Assembly: GCA_963422645.2 (NCBI GenBank)
Contig: CAXXVO010000014.1
Coordinates: 320,001-384,000, forward strand
DNA: 64,000 bases
From: Alphaproteobacteria bacterium
Lineage (GTDB): Bacteria > Pseudomonadota > Alphaproteobacteria > UBA828
Direction: 5' to 3'
Below the pieces are notes generated by a model, which made no database searches, was not told where the DNA came from, and was given only the letters and a program-made list of their open reading frames with translations. Positions 20,471 to 28,930 of the stretch are shown one piece after another (position 1 is the first letter of the stretch; each line of letters opens with the position of its first letter). The translations under genes were made by a program, and so were the position numbers.

Positions 20471-20471
20471 A
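18111..20471 (+). CDS. Large putative DDE transposase (786 aa) with N-terminal HTH domains
   Basis: Fills the TIR-bounded element. Motifs LAIDGHVKVY, LVFDREGWS and RWSQENFFKY (DDE-like). Confidence 0.82.
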   Translation: MPSTLPMCPPEAVSIGNSCFAVLISDDTFTYFSNLIPFDSHAADDRTAMLLRIGRLAAISAVSPQELADAFAVSRATVQRARRRYLAEGEAGFMKPRRGRGPSVFTPELAEKATALLASGLSGSAAARVLGVSAPSVNKWRRQGLIGNTEADGEPGRSALAAPPDAGAAPEGRVDEESTGAPGPETAPGLEAQPQTDRSARDRRDRQAPMGRATCDVPARVLASCGQAGPVEPQFAAAARGVRFGGVLAALPALLKEGLLSETGLLPLLPKGYYGLPTILLFLAFMTLARVRNPESLRYQAPGEWGAILGLDRCPEVKTLRRKIALIADDEAGVRAWQLALARRWQGADEPELWATLAIDGHVKVYSGRKGRLPKHFVSREKLCLPASASYWINALGGKPLLCLHKPLDPKMVAAIEADVVPALQELGIVGAGAPDLTAEHPGQPALTLVFDREGWSPDLFRRLARRGVACLTWHKNFRGEDWPAEDFGAMTVPIHGPAADGSATMRLAEKPVTLPNGFRVRQIRRLLDNGRQVPLITTDPHKPMAEVAGAMFSRWSQENFFKYMRDEFNLDALPTHELEPLDPAAMVVNPLRRAYDKAIHRLDRQLGRLRNRIADTARKKQPTAELRREVRDLQDVRDIVRASRRETPKHCRAGDLDEAEQLDALPARERLLLDVIRMIAYRAETRMMLPVMQAQGHKPHPRKLLQALLTADADILPDPGNGLLRVHILGLANDACDRWIDAVLSDLNATETVFPGTRLRIVYDIDGASESARLVSPKISRGQEV

Positions 20472-21200
20472 TCCTTGTCCAGCGCGATGCGGGCGGCGCG
20501 ATTGGCTCGGCGCAGGAGCTGCTGCATCCGCCGGGCCCAAGCCTCCCCTTCGATGTCCACCAGCGCCTGCAACTCCCGCAGGTGATGGGCGTTGCACAGG
20601 CCGTGCTCCACCCCTTCCATCGCGAAGTACGGCTTCCAGTGATCGTGCACGACGATGCCGGAGACACCCGAGAGCAGGGCGCCGCGCTTGCCGCTGACCC
20701 GGTACGCCGCCAGCAGCGGCGTGCAGATCACATGAAGCCACTGCGTCTGACCGCCGATCCGCAAGCCGGTCTCGTCCATGTGTTTCACCCGCGCCGTGCC
20801 CGCCGCCAGGTCCTGTATGTGCAAGGCCGCGTCCCGCAGCCGCTCGGCCGCCCTCTCGCTCATCGTCGCCAACGTCGCAGCCGTCACCGGCGCGCCGAAG
20901 AGCTCGGCCATCACCTGCGACAGCCGATCCTCCGGCAGGAAGTGAGCGTGCTGAAGGTAGACCGCCACCCCGGCAATGCGCGGGCCGTACTGCACCGGCG
21001 CCGACACCCCGTCGGGGAACGCCGCCCGGGTCACCGTCCCGCAATGCCCGCAGCACTTGGCATGCGCCCGGTGCTCGGTCACCTCCAGGGGGCTCGGCTC
21101 GGGCAGATCGAACACCTGGCGGGCGACGGGCGTTCCCGCCCTGGCCGCGTCCGAAAGCGGCGAACCGCATCCCTTGCAGGAAGCCGGGACGTGATCCTTC
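20471..21200 (-). pseudogene. Internal fragment of the IS66 type A transposase
   Basis: Matches ~5791-6036 and continues to HMDETG and CNAHHLREL. Both ends abut other ISs. Confidence 0.88.
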
Positions 21201-21365
21201 GTAACTGCCCAGGTACCCCCTCTCTCTTATGGAACAAGCCAGTTCCTTTTGCGTCAACGCCCCCACGCCGCGGGGGTGCCTACTCTCTTGAGCGCGAGAG
21301 GATGATGAACGCCGCGTCGCGAACAAGATGAGAGGACAGCGATACTCAGGATGAGCCGGAGAAGT

Positions 21366-22904
21366 TCAGGAGCGCAGTATAGGGATCAGCTGCATCGGTT
21401 CCGGGTGCGCCAGGATTTGCAGGATGTTCCAGCCTTGCTTTCGAGCGGTGACGATGACGCTGCGCATTCCGGCGAAGTTGCAGGCGCCTTGCAGGGAGCG
21501 GAAGCCGCCTGAGATCTTCTCATGCACTTTGTTCATACGGATGTCACGCTCCGCCTCGTTATTCGTGAACGGCGTGCGCAGGTCGGTGAGGAAGCGCAGG
21601 CAGCCCTCCTTATGCTTTTGAAGGCGGCGCGCGAGGTTGTGGCCGATGCGGCGTTTCTTTCGCCCTCGCTTTGCGATCTGGAGCGGCGGTTGGGCCTCAT
21701 GGAAGGCGATGGCTTCTTCGAGGATACGGTCCCATGCCCTTGAGATGCGGGCCACCAGGGAGGCGGGGACTTGACGGTCTTTCTCACGGGCGAAGCGGGC
21801 GGCCCTGCGCGCGCGCTGAAGCAGGCGGTGCATGCTCGCCGCCCATTCCTCCTTCTCGATGTCGATCAGGGCCTGGAGTTCGCGCAGGTGATGTGCGTTG
21901 CAGGCGCCGTGGCGGACGCCCTTGATGGTGAAGTAGGGGGCGAAGTCGTCGTGGACGAGGATGCCTTTCAGGTTCTTTTCGACATCGCCGCGTCCCTCGC
22001 CGATGCGCAGGACGGTGAGCAACGGGGTGCACAGCACATGGAGCCAGCGGGTACGGGCGGCGATACGCAGGCCGGTCTCGTCGAGGTGCTTGACCGGCGC
22101 CTGCGTGCGGATCAGATCGGCGACATGGTCGAGGAAGCCCTCGAAGCGCTGCGCTGTGCGCCGGCCCATGGCGGCGATCGTGGCAGTGGAGATGGACACC
22201 GCGAAGATGTCGCTCATGAGTTCGGCCAGACGCTTCTCGGGCACGAACTGGGCGTACAGCAGGTAACTCACCCAAGCGGTGATGCGAGGGCCGTACTGGA
22301 CCGGGGCGGTGACGCCCGGCGGGAAGGCGGCTCGTGTCAGCGTGCCGCATGCGCCGCAGAGGCAGCGATGGGCGCGGTGTTCGGTGACCTCGAGAGGCTG
22401 CGGCTCGGGTACGTCGAAGACCTGCCGACAGGCGGGCGCGCCTTGCCGGTCGGCGTCCGAGAGCTCGACGCCACAGCCGGAACAGGTGGAGGGGTGGTGA
22501 TCGACGACACGGTCCGGGCTGTCGCTCCGCGCGAGGGTGGTTCCCTTGTGGCCGGGCTGGCCGCCACTGGGCCCGCCGGACTTTCCGCGCTGGCTTTGGG
22601 TGCGCCTCTGGGCTCCGCTTTTCTTCTTGAGCCCGTCGCTGGCGGGGGGCTTGCTGCTTGTGGTGCTGTTGAGGGCCGCGCTGCGCTCGAGTTCGGCGAT
22701 GCGCTCGCGCAGGGCCGCGTTCTCCTGCTCGAGTGCGGCATTTTCCCGGGCGAGCGCGGTGGCTGATCGCAGCAGCCCCTGCCCCCATTCCCGGACGGCA
22801 ACGACGACAGTGGTTGCGAGGGATGATGGCTCGAGAAGCTCCTTCAGGCAGCAGAAGGCCTCGTTACGGGCGGCGAGGTCTTCGTGCCAGTGCGACACCG
22901 TCAC
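21366..22904 (-). CDS. IS66-family transposase (single-ORF, TnpC-like)
   Basis: SSKPPASD, GGQPGHKG, HLDETG, CNAHHLREL and FTNNEAERDIR. The GTG start overlaps the MTase stop. Confidence 0.9.
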   Translation of the reverse strand: MTVSHWHEDLAARNEAFCCLKELLEPSSLATTVVVAVREWGQGLLRSATALARENAALEQENAALRERIAELERSAALNSTTSSKPPASDGLKKKSGAQRRTQSQRGKSGGPSGGQPGHKGTTLARSDSPDRVVDHHPSTCSGCGVELSDADRQGAPACRQVFDVPEPQPLEVTEHRAHRCLCGACGTLTRAAFPPGVTAPVQYGPRITAWVSYLLYAQFVPEKRLAELMSDIFAVSISTATIAAMGRRTAQRFEGFLDHVADLIRTQAPVKHLDETGLRIAARTRWLHVLCTPLLTVLRIGEGRGDVEKNLKGILVHDDFAPYFTIKGVRHGACNAHHLRELQALIDIEKEEWAASMHRLLQRARRAARFAREKDRQVPASLVARISRAWDRILEEAIAFHEAQPPLQIAKRGRKKRRIGHNLARRLQKHKEGCLRFLTDLRTPFTNNEAERDIRMNKVHEKISGGFRSLQGACNFAGMRSVIVTARKQGWNILQILAHPEPMQLIPILRS

Positions 22905-23566
22905 GTGTCTTCGGCCTCGACGGCCATCATGGCGGCGAGCACGGCGAGGCGTTCGCCCGGCGGCAAGGCCTGGTAGCGCCGGCCCCAGTTGGCTGCCTTG
23001 CGCTTGATGCGCTGGCGGTCGGTGAAGTTCCGGCCTGCGTGGCTGGCCCAATGCATCCGGTCGGGGGCGTAGTTGAACCAGACGACCTCGGTTCGCACCA
23101 GACCCTGGGTCGTGACCTGCAGCGCCAGCCGGCGCCATCCCGCCAGCACCTCGTCATAGAGCGCCGACGGATGGCCCGAGATCATGACCTGGCAGGGCAG
23201 AGCCTTGAGCAGCGCGAGAAGCGCGACGTGGCCGGCCTCCTCGTACTCGAAGCGGTAGCGCTGCGCCGAGCGGCGGGTCGCGTGCAGATAGGGCGGATCG
23301 CTGTAAACCAGCTCCGGGCCCAGGAACGGGAACGAGGCCAGGAAGTCATGGGCACAGCCGTGAACCAGATCGACCGGGTAGTCGCAGACGAAGGCCTCGA
23401 GCGCCTGCGCATCGCGGTCGATGCCGATCGAACGCACGGCCGGCGGCTTGCGCTTCATCAGCGCCCCGCCCCCAAGGTGGCTTTCGATGTAGACGGAGTG
23501 CGGCGGCATCAGCGCAATCAGCGCTTGGCACAGACCTGCTGTCGCCTTCGAGCCGAAATACCCCAT
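22901..23566 (-). CDS. Short DNA adenine methyltransferase (Dam/D12-like, alpha order)
   Basis: YFGSK motif X, motif I-like YIESHLGGGA, catalytic YSDPPY, MISG and RTEVVW. Confidence 0.85.
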   Translation of the reverse strand: MGYFGSKATAGLCQALIALMPPHSVYIESHLGGGALMKRKPPAVRSIGIDRDAQALEAFVCDYPVDLVHGCAHDFLASFPFLGPELVYSDPPYLHATRRSAQRYRFEYEEAGHVALLALLKALPCQVMISGHPSALYDEVLAGWRRLALQVTTQGLVRTEVVWFNYAPDRMHWASHAGRNFTDRQRIKRKAANWGRRYQALPPGERLAVLAAMMAVEAEDT

Positions 23567-23709
23567 GGACCGCTCCCGTCACGCGAGAGAGCAGTCCATA
23601 GTCCCGCAACTCTATGAGGTCAAGAACCAATCGCGGTGGCAGAACCAGGCCGCGGCCGCCGCCATAATCACCGTCCTCAACTCAGGATTGGGGTACCTGG
23701 GTAGTTACG

Positions 23710-23810
23710 GTGGGACAAGAAATTCAAAATTTTTCGTGGGATTCGCGGGATAAGTGGGATGTAAGTGGGATAAGTGGGATAGCTGGGATAAGTGGGACAA
23801 GTGAGATTCC
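23710..23810. repeat. Array of ~9-bp GTGGGA(T/C)AA repeats
   Basis: Eight tandem degenerate units at 23736-23809 plus one at 23710. Confidence 0.85.
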
Positions 23811-23925
23811 TCGGCGCAGGCGGCGGCCGTGCCGCTCAAGGGTATCGACGACGAGGCGGGCCATGTTGCCTCCGCCCGCTGCGGCCCGCTCGCTCCGGCG
23901 CCGTCGGTTCTCGCCCTTCGTCGCG

Positions 23926-23997
23926 CCGATAGGCGCGCGAGAGCATGAGCCGATAGGCGCGCGCGAGCATGAGCCGATGGCCGCGCGGGAGCATGAT
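23926..23997. repeat. 3 x 24-bp tandem repeat
   Basis: CCGATAGGCGCGCGAGAGCATGAG and two variants. Confidence 0.85.
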
Positions 23998-24070
23998 CGG
24001 CGCATCGCGCGATGCTGACGCCCCCGCCGCGCCCCGTGCACCGGACGATGGTTTGGGGCGGTCTCCAAGT

Positions 24071-24643
24071 TCAGCCAAACTCCACGTATCCATGATTTGC
24101 AACGACTTCCATGTCGATGGGACCGTCTTGTTCGCAGAATACGATCAGGTTTCTGGCGGATTTTTCGCGAGCGCTTGGGACCAGCAAACCATCGGCTCCG
24201 AGGAACGCACAGGCCTCGGCGATTTCCTGGGAACGCGGATACTCGCGCTCGCGCTCCACATAGCTCAACTGGCCGAACGAACCGACGTCGAACCCGATGG
24301 AGGCCAGCGAATCCAGATCGGAGAACTGCACGACCGCACGCAGGGATATTCTCAATTCGAACAGCTCGTATCGAACCTTTGAAGGCGGCAAGGGTTGGCC
24401 TTGATAGAGATGGAAGCGTCTCTCGCTGACGGCCGCGGTTCTCGTCTCCGACGTGTAAAGCACATCGAGCGTTCCGTCGTCCCAACGCCCCCCGGCCCGC
24501 CAACAGGTCAGCGGATCCCGCCCTTCGCGTACCGAACGCCACACCCTGCCCTTGTAGGGAGCCCCTTCGATCAACTCCAGCGCATCGAGCAGTCGCTGGT
24601 CGCGGATGCGGCGAACGCCCTGGCCCATGACCCTTCGGGGCAT
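24071..24643 (-). CDS. RES-domain toxin (NAD+ phosphorylase family)
   Basis: VWR, GGRWD...VLYTS...E and GLLVPSAR...NLIVF. Confidence 0.85.
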   Translation of the reverse strand: MPRRVMGQGVRRIRDQRLLDALELIEGAPYKGRVWRSVREGRDPLTCWRAGGRWDDGTLDVLYTSETRTAAVSERRFHLYQGQPLPPSKVRYELFELRISLRAVVQFSDLDSLASIGFDVGSFGQLSYVEREREYPRSQEIAEACAFLGADGLLVPSAREKSARNLIVFCEQDGPIDMEVVANHGYVEFG

Positions 24644-24645
24644 GC

Positions 24646-24996
24646 TCAGATGTAGGCGTCCGCTTCCAGGCGATCGAGAATTGCGATGACCTCTTCGGTC
24701 CGCTCGTCATGGATCAGGTCGATTGCCCTGCGGCCCTCCAGCTGCGGATGCCGCGCATAGAGCCACGCGCGTACTTCTTCGTGGCCGTAATATTCGCTCA
24801 GTCGCATGACCACGTAGGCGAGATCCGACATGATCAGCTGGGTCTTCGGATGCGGCGATTTTTGGCCGCTTCCCCAGCGCGAGACGGTGGCCTTGGAGAC
24901 GCCAGTGAAATTCGCGATGTCGGTTCCCTTCAAACCGCCATCTTGCTGCAGCCGCGCGATGAATTGCACGACGGGTCTTGCTGCGGCCTGAGTCAT
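24646..24996 (-). CDS. Xre/MbcA/ParS-like antitoxin
   Basis: HTH IANFTGVSKATVSRW and WLYARHPQLEGRRAIDLI. Confidence 0.85.
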   Translation of the reverse strand: MTQAAARPVVQFIARLQQDGGLKGTDIANFTGVSKATVSRWGSGQKSPHPKTQLIMSDLAYVVMRLSEYYGHEEVRAWLYARHPQLEGRRAIDLIHDERTEEVIAILDRLEADAYI

Positions 24997-25086
24997 GCCG
25001 AACTCCGCTGGGTCAGTGCCACGGGGACATGTCGCGTCTTCAAGGGCAGCGGAGACGGCGACCGTCCTCTGCATTTATGTTTCAGA

Positions 25087-25114
25087 AATCTAAGGTATGA
25101 AACCATAATGTCAA
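25087..25114 (-). promoter_or_regulatory. Sigma70-like promoter of xre-res
   Basis: TTGACA-N16-TAGATT on the minus strand. Confidence 0.6.
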
Positions 25115-25194
25115 CTTTCGTCCGACGTAGCCGATCGGGCGCACCCCCAGCCCGACGTGCACCGCACCATGATCCGAGACGCCTGAACGGACGG

Positions 25195-25638
25195 CTACCC
25201 CACGGCCTCAACCACGAACGGGTTTCGGACCGTTACCGTGCCGTAGAGCCGGCCGTGCTGAAAATCCTCGGAAAGCAGCTCCTCGATCCCCTTAACTTCC
25301 GCATAAGCCCAAAGGTGCGCGTCGAACCACGAGAGGCCGTAAGCCGCCGTACCGCGAAGCGCCGTTCGCAGCACAGCCTCGTCGGGATAAAGGATTGGGA
25401 ACTGGGCCATGAGCTCCTCTGCCTCGCGCAGCGCGTCGGCGGGCTCTAGCAGGCGGACTTCGGGATTGCCTCGGGTCGTTGCCGCGACGAACTCGACGAT
25501 TGCTTGATGGGGGATGCGCATGCTCCCGCTGACGATGCCCTCGCGGAGAACATCGGCCGCAATCGACTGCTTGTCTGGAAAGCGCTCGTCGTAGCGATAA
25601 ATCAGAATGTTGGTGTCAATCAGCGCGCGTGCGGCCAC
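25195..25638 (-). CDS. PIN-domain (VapC-like) toxin
   Basis: LIDTNILIY, LSWFDAHLWA and LLSEDF. GTG start lies inside the antitoxin 3' end. Confidence 0.85.
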   Translation of the reverse strand: MAARALIDTNILIYRYDERFPDKQSIAADVLREGIVSGSMRIPHQAIVEFVAATTRGNPEVRLLEPADALREAEELMAQFPILYPDEAVLRTALRGTAAYGLSWFDAHLWAYAEVKGIEELLSEDFQHGRLYGTVTVRNPFVVEAVG

Positions 25639-25912
25639 GCTCGTAAAGCTCCTCTCTGGTCCAGCCGCGCGAGCTTGCCGCGCGTAACGTGCGACCCGTC
25701 TCGCGCGTCCGCTGCCGGGCGGTCGCCGCGTCGAAGAGCCGGAGGCGCGCGTCCGTGTCGAGCCCTTTGGTAGGTCCGCCGGCCGCGGCGGGGACCACGC
25801 GGATGACTTCGCCCGCCTCCTCGAAGCGGATATCGTCGCCAGGGCGAATTCCGTAACGCTGTGCAAGCGCCTTGGGCACCGTGACCTGGAGCTTGCTGGT
25901 GACCTTGCTCAT
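25616..25912 (-). CDS. AbrB/MazE/SpoVT-family antitoxin
   Basis: MSKVTSKLQVTVPK...GIRPGD and WTREELYER. Confidence 0.88.
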   Translation of the reverse strand: MSKVTSKLQVTVPKALAQRYGIRPGDDIRFEEAGEVIRVVPAAAGGPTKGLDTDARLRLFDAATARQRTRETGRTLRAASSRGWTREELYERGRTRAD

Positions 25913-25948
25913 ATCCTTACTCTAGTAAGGACAAAATCCTTGTCAAGG
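25913..25948 (-). promoter_or_regulatory. Leaderless promoter with palindromic operators
   Basis: TTGACA-N16-TAGAGT-N6-ATG. Palindromes TCCTTACTCTAGTAAGGA and CCTTGTCAAGG. Confidence 0.7.
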
Positions 25949-25982
25949 TCGCTTGACAGGAGCTAAACGCCACCCAGCCCCT

Positions 25983-27536
25983 CTAAATCTTCCGCTCGTG
26001 CCCCACCCAGTAGCGCTCGCGGACCTTGCGCTTCAGCACCTTGCCGACGCCGCTGCGGGGCAGCTCGTCCCAGAACTCTACCGTCTTCGGTGCCTTGTAG
26101 GCCGAGAGCTCCCCTTTGCAGAGCGCGATCAGGTCGTCCCCACTCACCCGCTCGCCCTGCTTGAGCTCCACCACGGCCTTCACCGCCTCGCCCCACTTCT
26201 CGTCGGGCACGCCGATCACGGCGCAGTCCTGCACCGCCGGGTGGCTCCAGATCACGCGCTCGATCTCGATCGGGAAGACGTTGAGCCCGCCCGAGATGAT
26301 CATGTCCTTCTTGCGGTCGACGATATAGACGAAGCCGTCCTCGTCCTTGTAGCCAATGTCGCCGGTGTGGTGCCAACCGTGGGCCCGGATTTCCGCCGTG
26401 CCTTGCGCGTCGGCGAAATAGCCGAGGGAGACGAAGGTGCCGCGCACCACGATCTCGCCCCACTCGCCGGTGGGCATCAGGTTGCCCGCGTCGTCCATCA
26501 TCTCGACCTCGACGAAGACGGGCGGGCGGCCGCAGCTGAGCAGCCGGTGGCGCTTGGCGGGGTCGGCAAGGGCCTCCAGGTGGTCCGCCGGCGTCAGGAT
26601 GCCGATGGTGCAGGGGCACTCGGCCTGGCCGTAGATCTGGGTCATGCAGGGGCCGAAGAGGTCGATGGCCTCGGCCACCTTGTCGGCGGACATCGGCGCG
26701 CCGCCGTAGACGAAGTAGTCGAGCGTGGAGAAGTCGAACTCGCGCGCCCTGGCGTGGGCGATCATCATGTAGATCACCGTCGGCGGCATGAAGGTGTGGG
26801 TCACGCCGTGCCGGTCGATCGCCTCCAGCACCGTGAGCGGATCGGGTTTCTGGATGCACACCGTGGTGCCGCCGAAGGCCATGGCGGGCCAGGCGAAGAC
26901 GCCGGCGCCGTGGGCCATCGAGGTCGCCACCAGGTGCACGGGCGGCTTCTTGATCGGCAGGTGCGCGTAAACGTTGGCGCACCAGGCCTCCCAGATCAGG
27001 TTGGACCACATCGCGCCCTTGGGCCGGCCGGTGGTGCCGCCCGAGGTGAAGTGGCTGATAACGGCGTCGCGCTCGTCCGGAAGCTCCGGCGCCTCTTCCG
27101 GCTGGCCCGCGATGAAGTCCTCGAAGGAGGGCGTGTCCGCGCCGGCGCGATCGAGGCAGACCAGGTGGCGGAGCTTCGGGCACTGGGCGCGGATCTGCGC
27201 GATCGCGGGCTCGAAGCTCGAATGGTAGAAGAGCCAGGCGGCCTCGCGCTGGTCGATGACGTAGGCGTTCTCGTCGGCCGACGCGAGCGCGGCGAGGCCG
27301 ACCCAGACGCCCCCGGCGCGGGCGGCGCCGATCCAGGCCTCGAAGGCGCGGCTGCTGTTGGGGCTGAGGATCGCGACCCGGTCGCCCCGCTCGAGCCCGC
27401 CCGCGAGGAGCGCGTTCGCGGTGCGATGGCTGCGCCGGGCGACCTCGCGATAGCTGAGCTCGCCGGTCCCGTCGATGAGGCAGGCGCGGTCCGGATAATA
27501 CCGGTGCCCACGCTCGAAGTAGTCGATCAGCCTCAT
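25983..27536 (-). CDS. Acyl-CoA synthetase (AMP-binding)
   Basis: FTSGGTTGRPKG, YGQAE, HTGDIG, DRKKDMIISGG and GKVLK. Confidence 0.9.
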   Translation of the reverse strand: MRLIDYFERGHRYYPDRACLIDGTGELSYREVARRSHRTANALLAGGLERGDRVAILSPNSSRAFEAWIGAARAGGVWVGLAALASADENAYVIDQREAAWLFYHSSFEPAIAQIRAQCPKLRHLVCLDRAGADTPSFEDFIAGQPEEAPELPDERDAVISHFTSGGTTGRPKGAMWSNLIWEAWCANVYAHLPIKKPPVHLVATSMAHGAGVFAWPAMAFGGTTVCIQKPDPLTVLEAIDRHGVTHTFMPPTVIYMMIAHARAREFDFSTLDYFVYGGAPMSADKVAEAIDLFGPCMTQIYGQAECPCTIGILTPADHLEALADPAKRHRLLSCGRPPVFVEVEMMDDAGNLMPTGEWGEIVVRGTFVSLGYFADAQGTAEIRAHGWHHTGDIGYKDEDGFVYIVDRKKDMIISGGLNVFPIEIERVIWSHPAVQDCAVIGVPDEKWGEAVKAVVELKQGERVSGDDLIALCKGELSAYKAPKTVEFWDELPRSGVGKVLKRKVRERYWVGHERKI

Positions 27537-27679
27537 GCGGCTCCTCCCGGATCGCTTTTCTCGTGCCCGTTTTCCCGCAGCGCGCGACGCCACGCTCTAC
27601 GCGGAATTGACTCGGATTTCAAACAAGTGTTTGCTTGGCAGCGCGCCGCCCGGGCGCCGCAATCGAAGAGAGTGACGCC

Positions 27680-28897
27680 ATGCTTTCGCTGCCCAAGCAG
27701 GAGCTCAAGGGGCACTTCACCATGCTGCCGATGGACGAGGTCCATTTCGGCTCCGGCAGCCTCGACAATCTCTCGGCCGAGCTCGAGAAGCAGGGCGTGA
27801 ACCGGGCCGTCATCATCACCGGCAACACCTTGGCCCAGAAGACGAATCTGGTGGACAAGGTGGCCGCCGCCGCCGGCAACAAGTGCGCCGGCGTCTTCCA
27901 CGAGACCTCGCAGCACGTGCCGCGCCGCACCGTGATCGCCGCCGCCGACTACGCGCGCGAGCGGGGGGCGGACGCGCTCATCAGCTTCGGCGGCGGCACG
28001 CCCAACGATACCACCAAGGCGGCCCTGATCTGCCTCGCCGAGGGGATCACCGAGCCCGCCGGCCTCGATCGGTACATGATCAAGTTCACCTACCCGGACA
28101 AGGTCGAGATCCCGTCGCTCACGAACGATCCGATCCCGATGTTCGCGATCCCGACCACGCTGTCGGCGGGCGAGTTCACCTACTTCGTGGGCGTCACCGA
28201 CGAGGAGCGCAAGGTCAAGGACCTCTACGTCGACCGGCGGATCACGGCGAAGGCGGTCATCCTCGACCCCGAGCTCACCATGGAGACGCCGGAGCGGCTC
28301 TGGCTCGGCACCGGCATGCGCGCGGTCGACCACTGCATCGAGGCGATGTGCTCCACCACCGCGCAGCCCTTCATCGACGCGCTCGCCTACCGCGCGCTCA
28401 ACATGCTGGTGCGCCACCTGCGCGAGACCAGGGCGGATCCCGGCGATGCGGCCGCGCGCGGGCAGTGCATGGTGGCGGCCTGGATGTCGGTCTGCGGCCT
28501 CGCCAACGTGACGCTGGGCTTGAGCCACGGCATCGGCCACCAGTTGGGCGCGCGCTGCAACGTGCCTCACGGCGAGACCTCGGCGGTGATGATGCCGCAC
28601 GTCATGGCCTTCAACCGGGCAGTCACCACGACCCGCCAGGCCTGGGCGGCCGAGGCCATGGGCGTGGACATCGCCGGCATGAGCGAGGAGCAAGCCGCCG
28701 CCGCGGCGGCCGACGAGGTGGCCAAGCTGGTGCGCGAGGACATGGGCCTGCCCTGGCGGCTCCGCGATGTCGGCGTCACCCACGAGGACTTCCCCGGCAT
28801 CGCGGCGGACGCGCTGGAGGACATCATCGTCGCCGGCAACCCGCGCCAGGTGACGTCCGAGGACGAGGTCATCGACCTCTTGCACACGGCCTGGTAG
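27680..28897 (+). CDS. Iron-containing alcohol dehydrogenase family protein
   Basis: GGGTPNDTTK, IPTTLSAGE and HGIGHQLG...HG. Confidence 0.88.
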   Translation: MLSLPKQELKGHFTMLPMDEVHFGSGSLDNLSAELEKQGVNRAVIITGNTLAQKTNLVDKVAAAAGNKCAGVFHETSQHVPRRTVIAAADYARERGADALISFGGGTPNDTTKAALICLAEGITEPAGLDRYMIKFTYPDKVEIPSLTNDPIPMFAIPTTLSAGEFTYFVGVTDEERKVKDLYVDRRITAKAVILDPELTMETPERLWLGTGMRAVDHCIEAMCSTTAQPFIDALAYRALNMLVRHLRETRADPGDAAARGQCMVAAWMSVCGLANVTLGLSHGIGHQLGARCNVPHGETSAVMMPHVMAFNRAVTTTRQAWAAEAMGVDIAGMSEEQAAAAAADEVAKLVREDMGLPWRLRDVGVTHEDFPGIAADALEDIIVAGNPRQVTSEDEVIDLLHTAW

Positions 28898-28930
28898 CGC
28901 AGGCTTGCTTCCGGGCTAGGGGAGACACCC

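Larger units (their letters stand above)
21201..23708 (-). mobile_element. Complete IS66 type B (2508 bp) with a passenger DNA methyltransferase
   Basis: TIRs GTAACTGCCCAGGTACCCC/GGGGTACCTGGGTAGTTAC (18/19 match) enclose two coupled genes. Confidence 0.9.

Noticed and set aside
22901-23566. Restriction-modification system
   Set aside because: There is no cognate endonuclease inside or beside the element.
23710-23997. Possible CRISPR array
   Set aside because: The repeats are contiguous with no unique spacers, and there are no cas genes.
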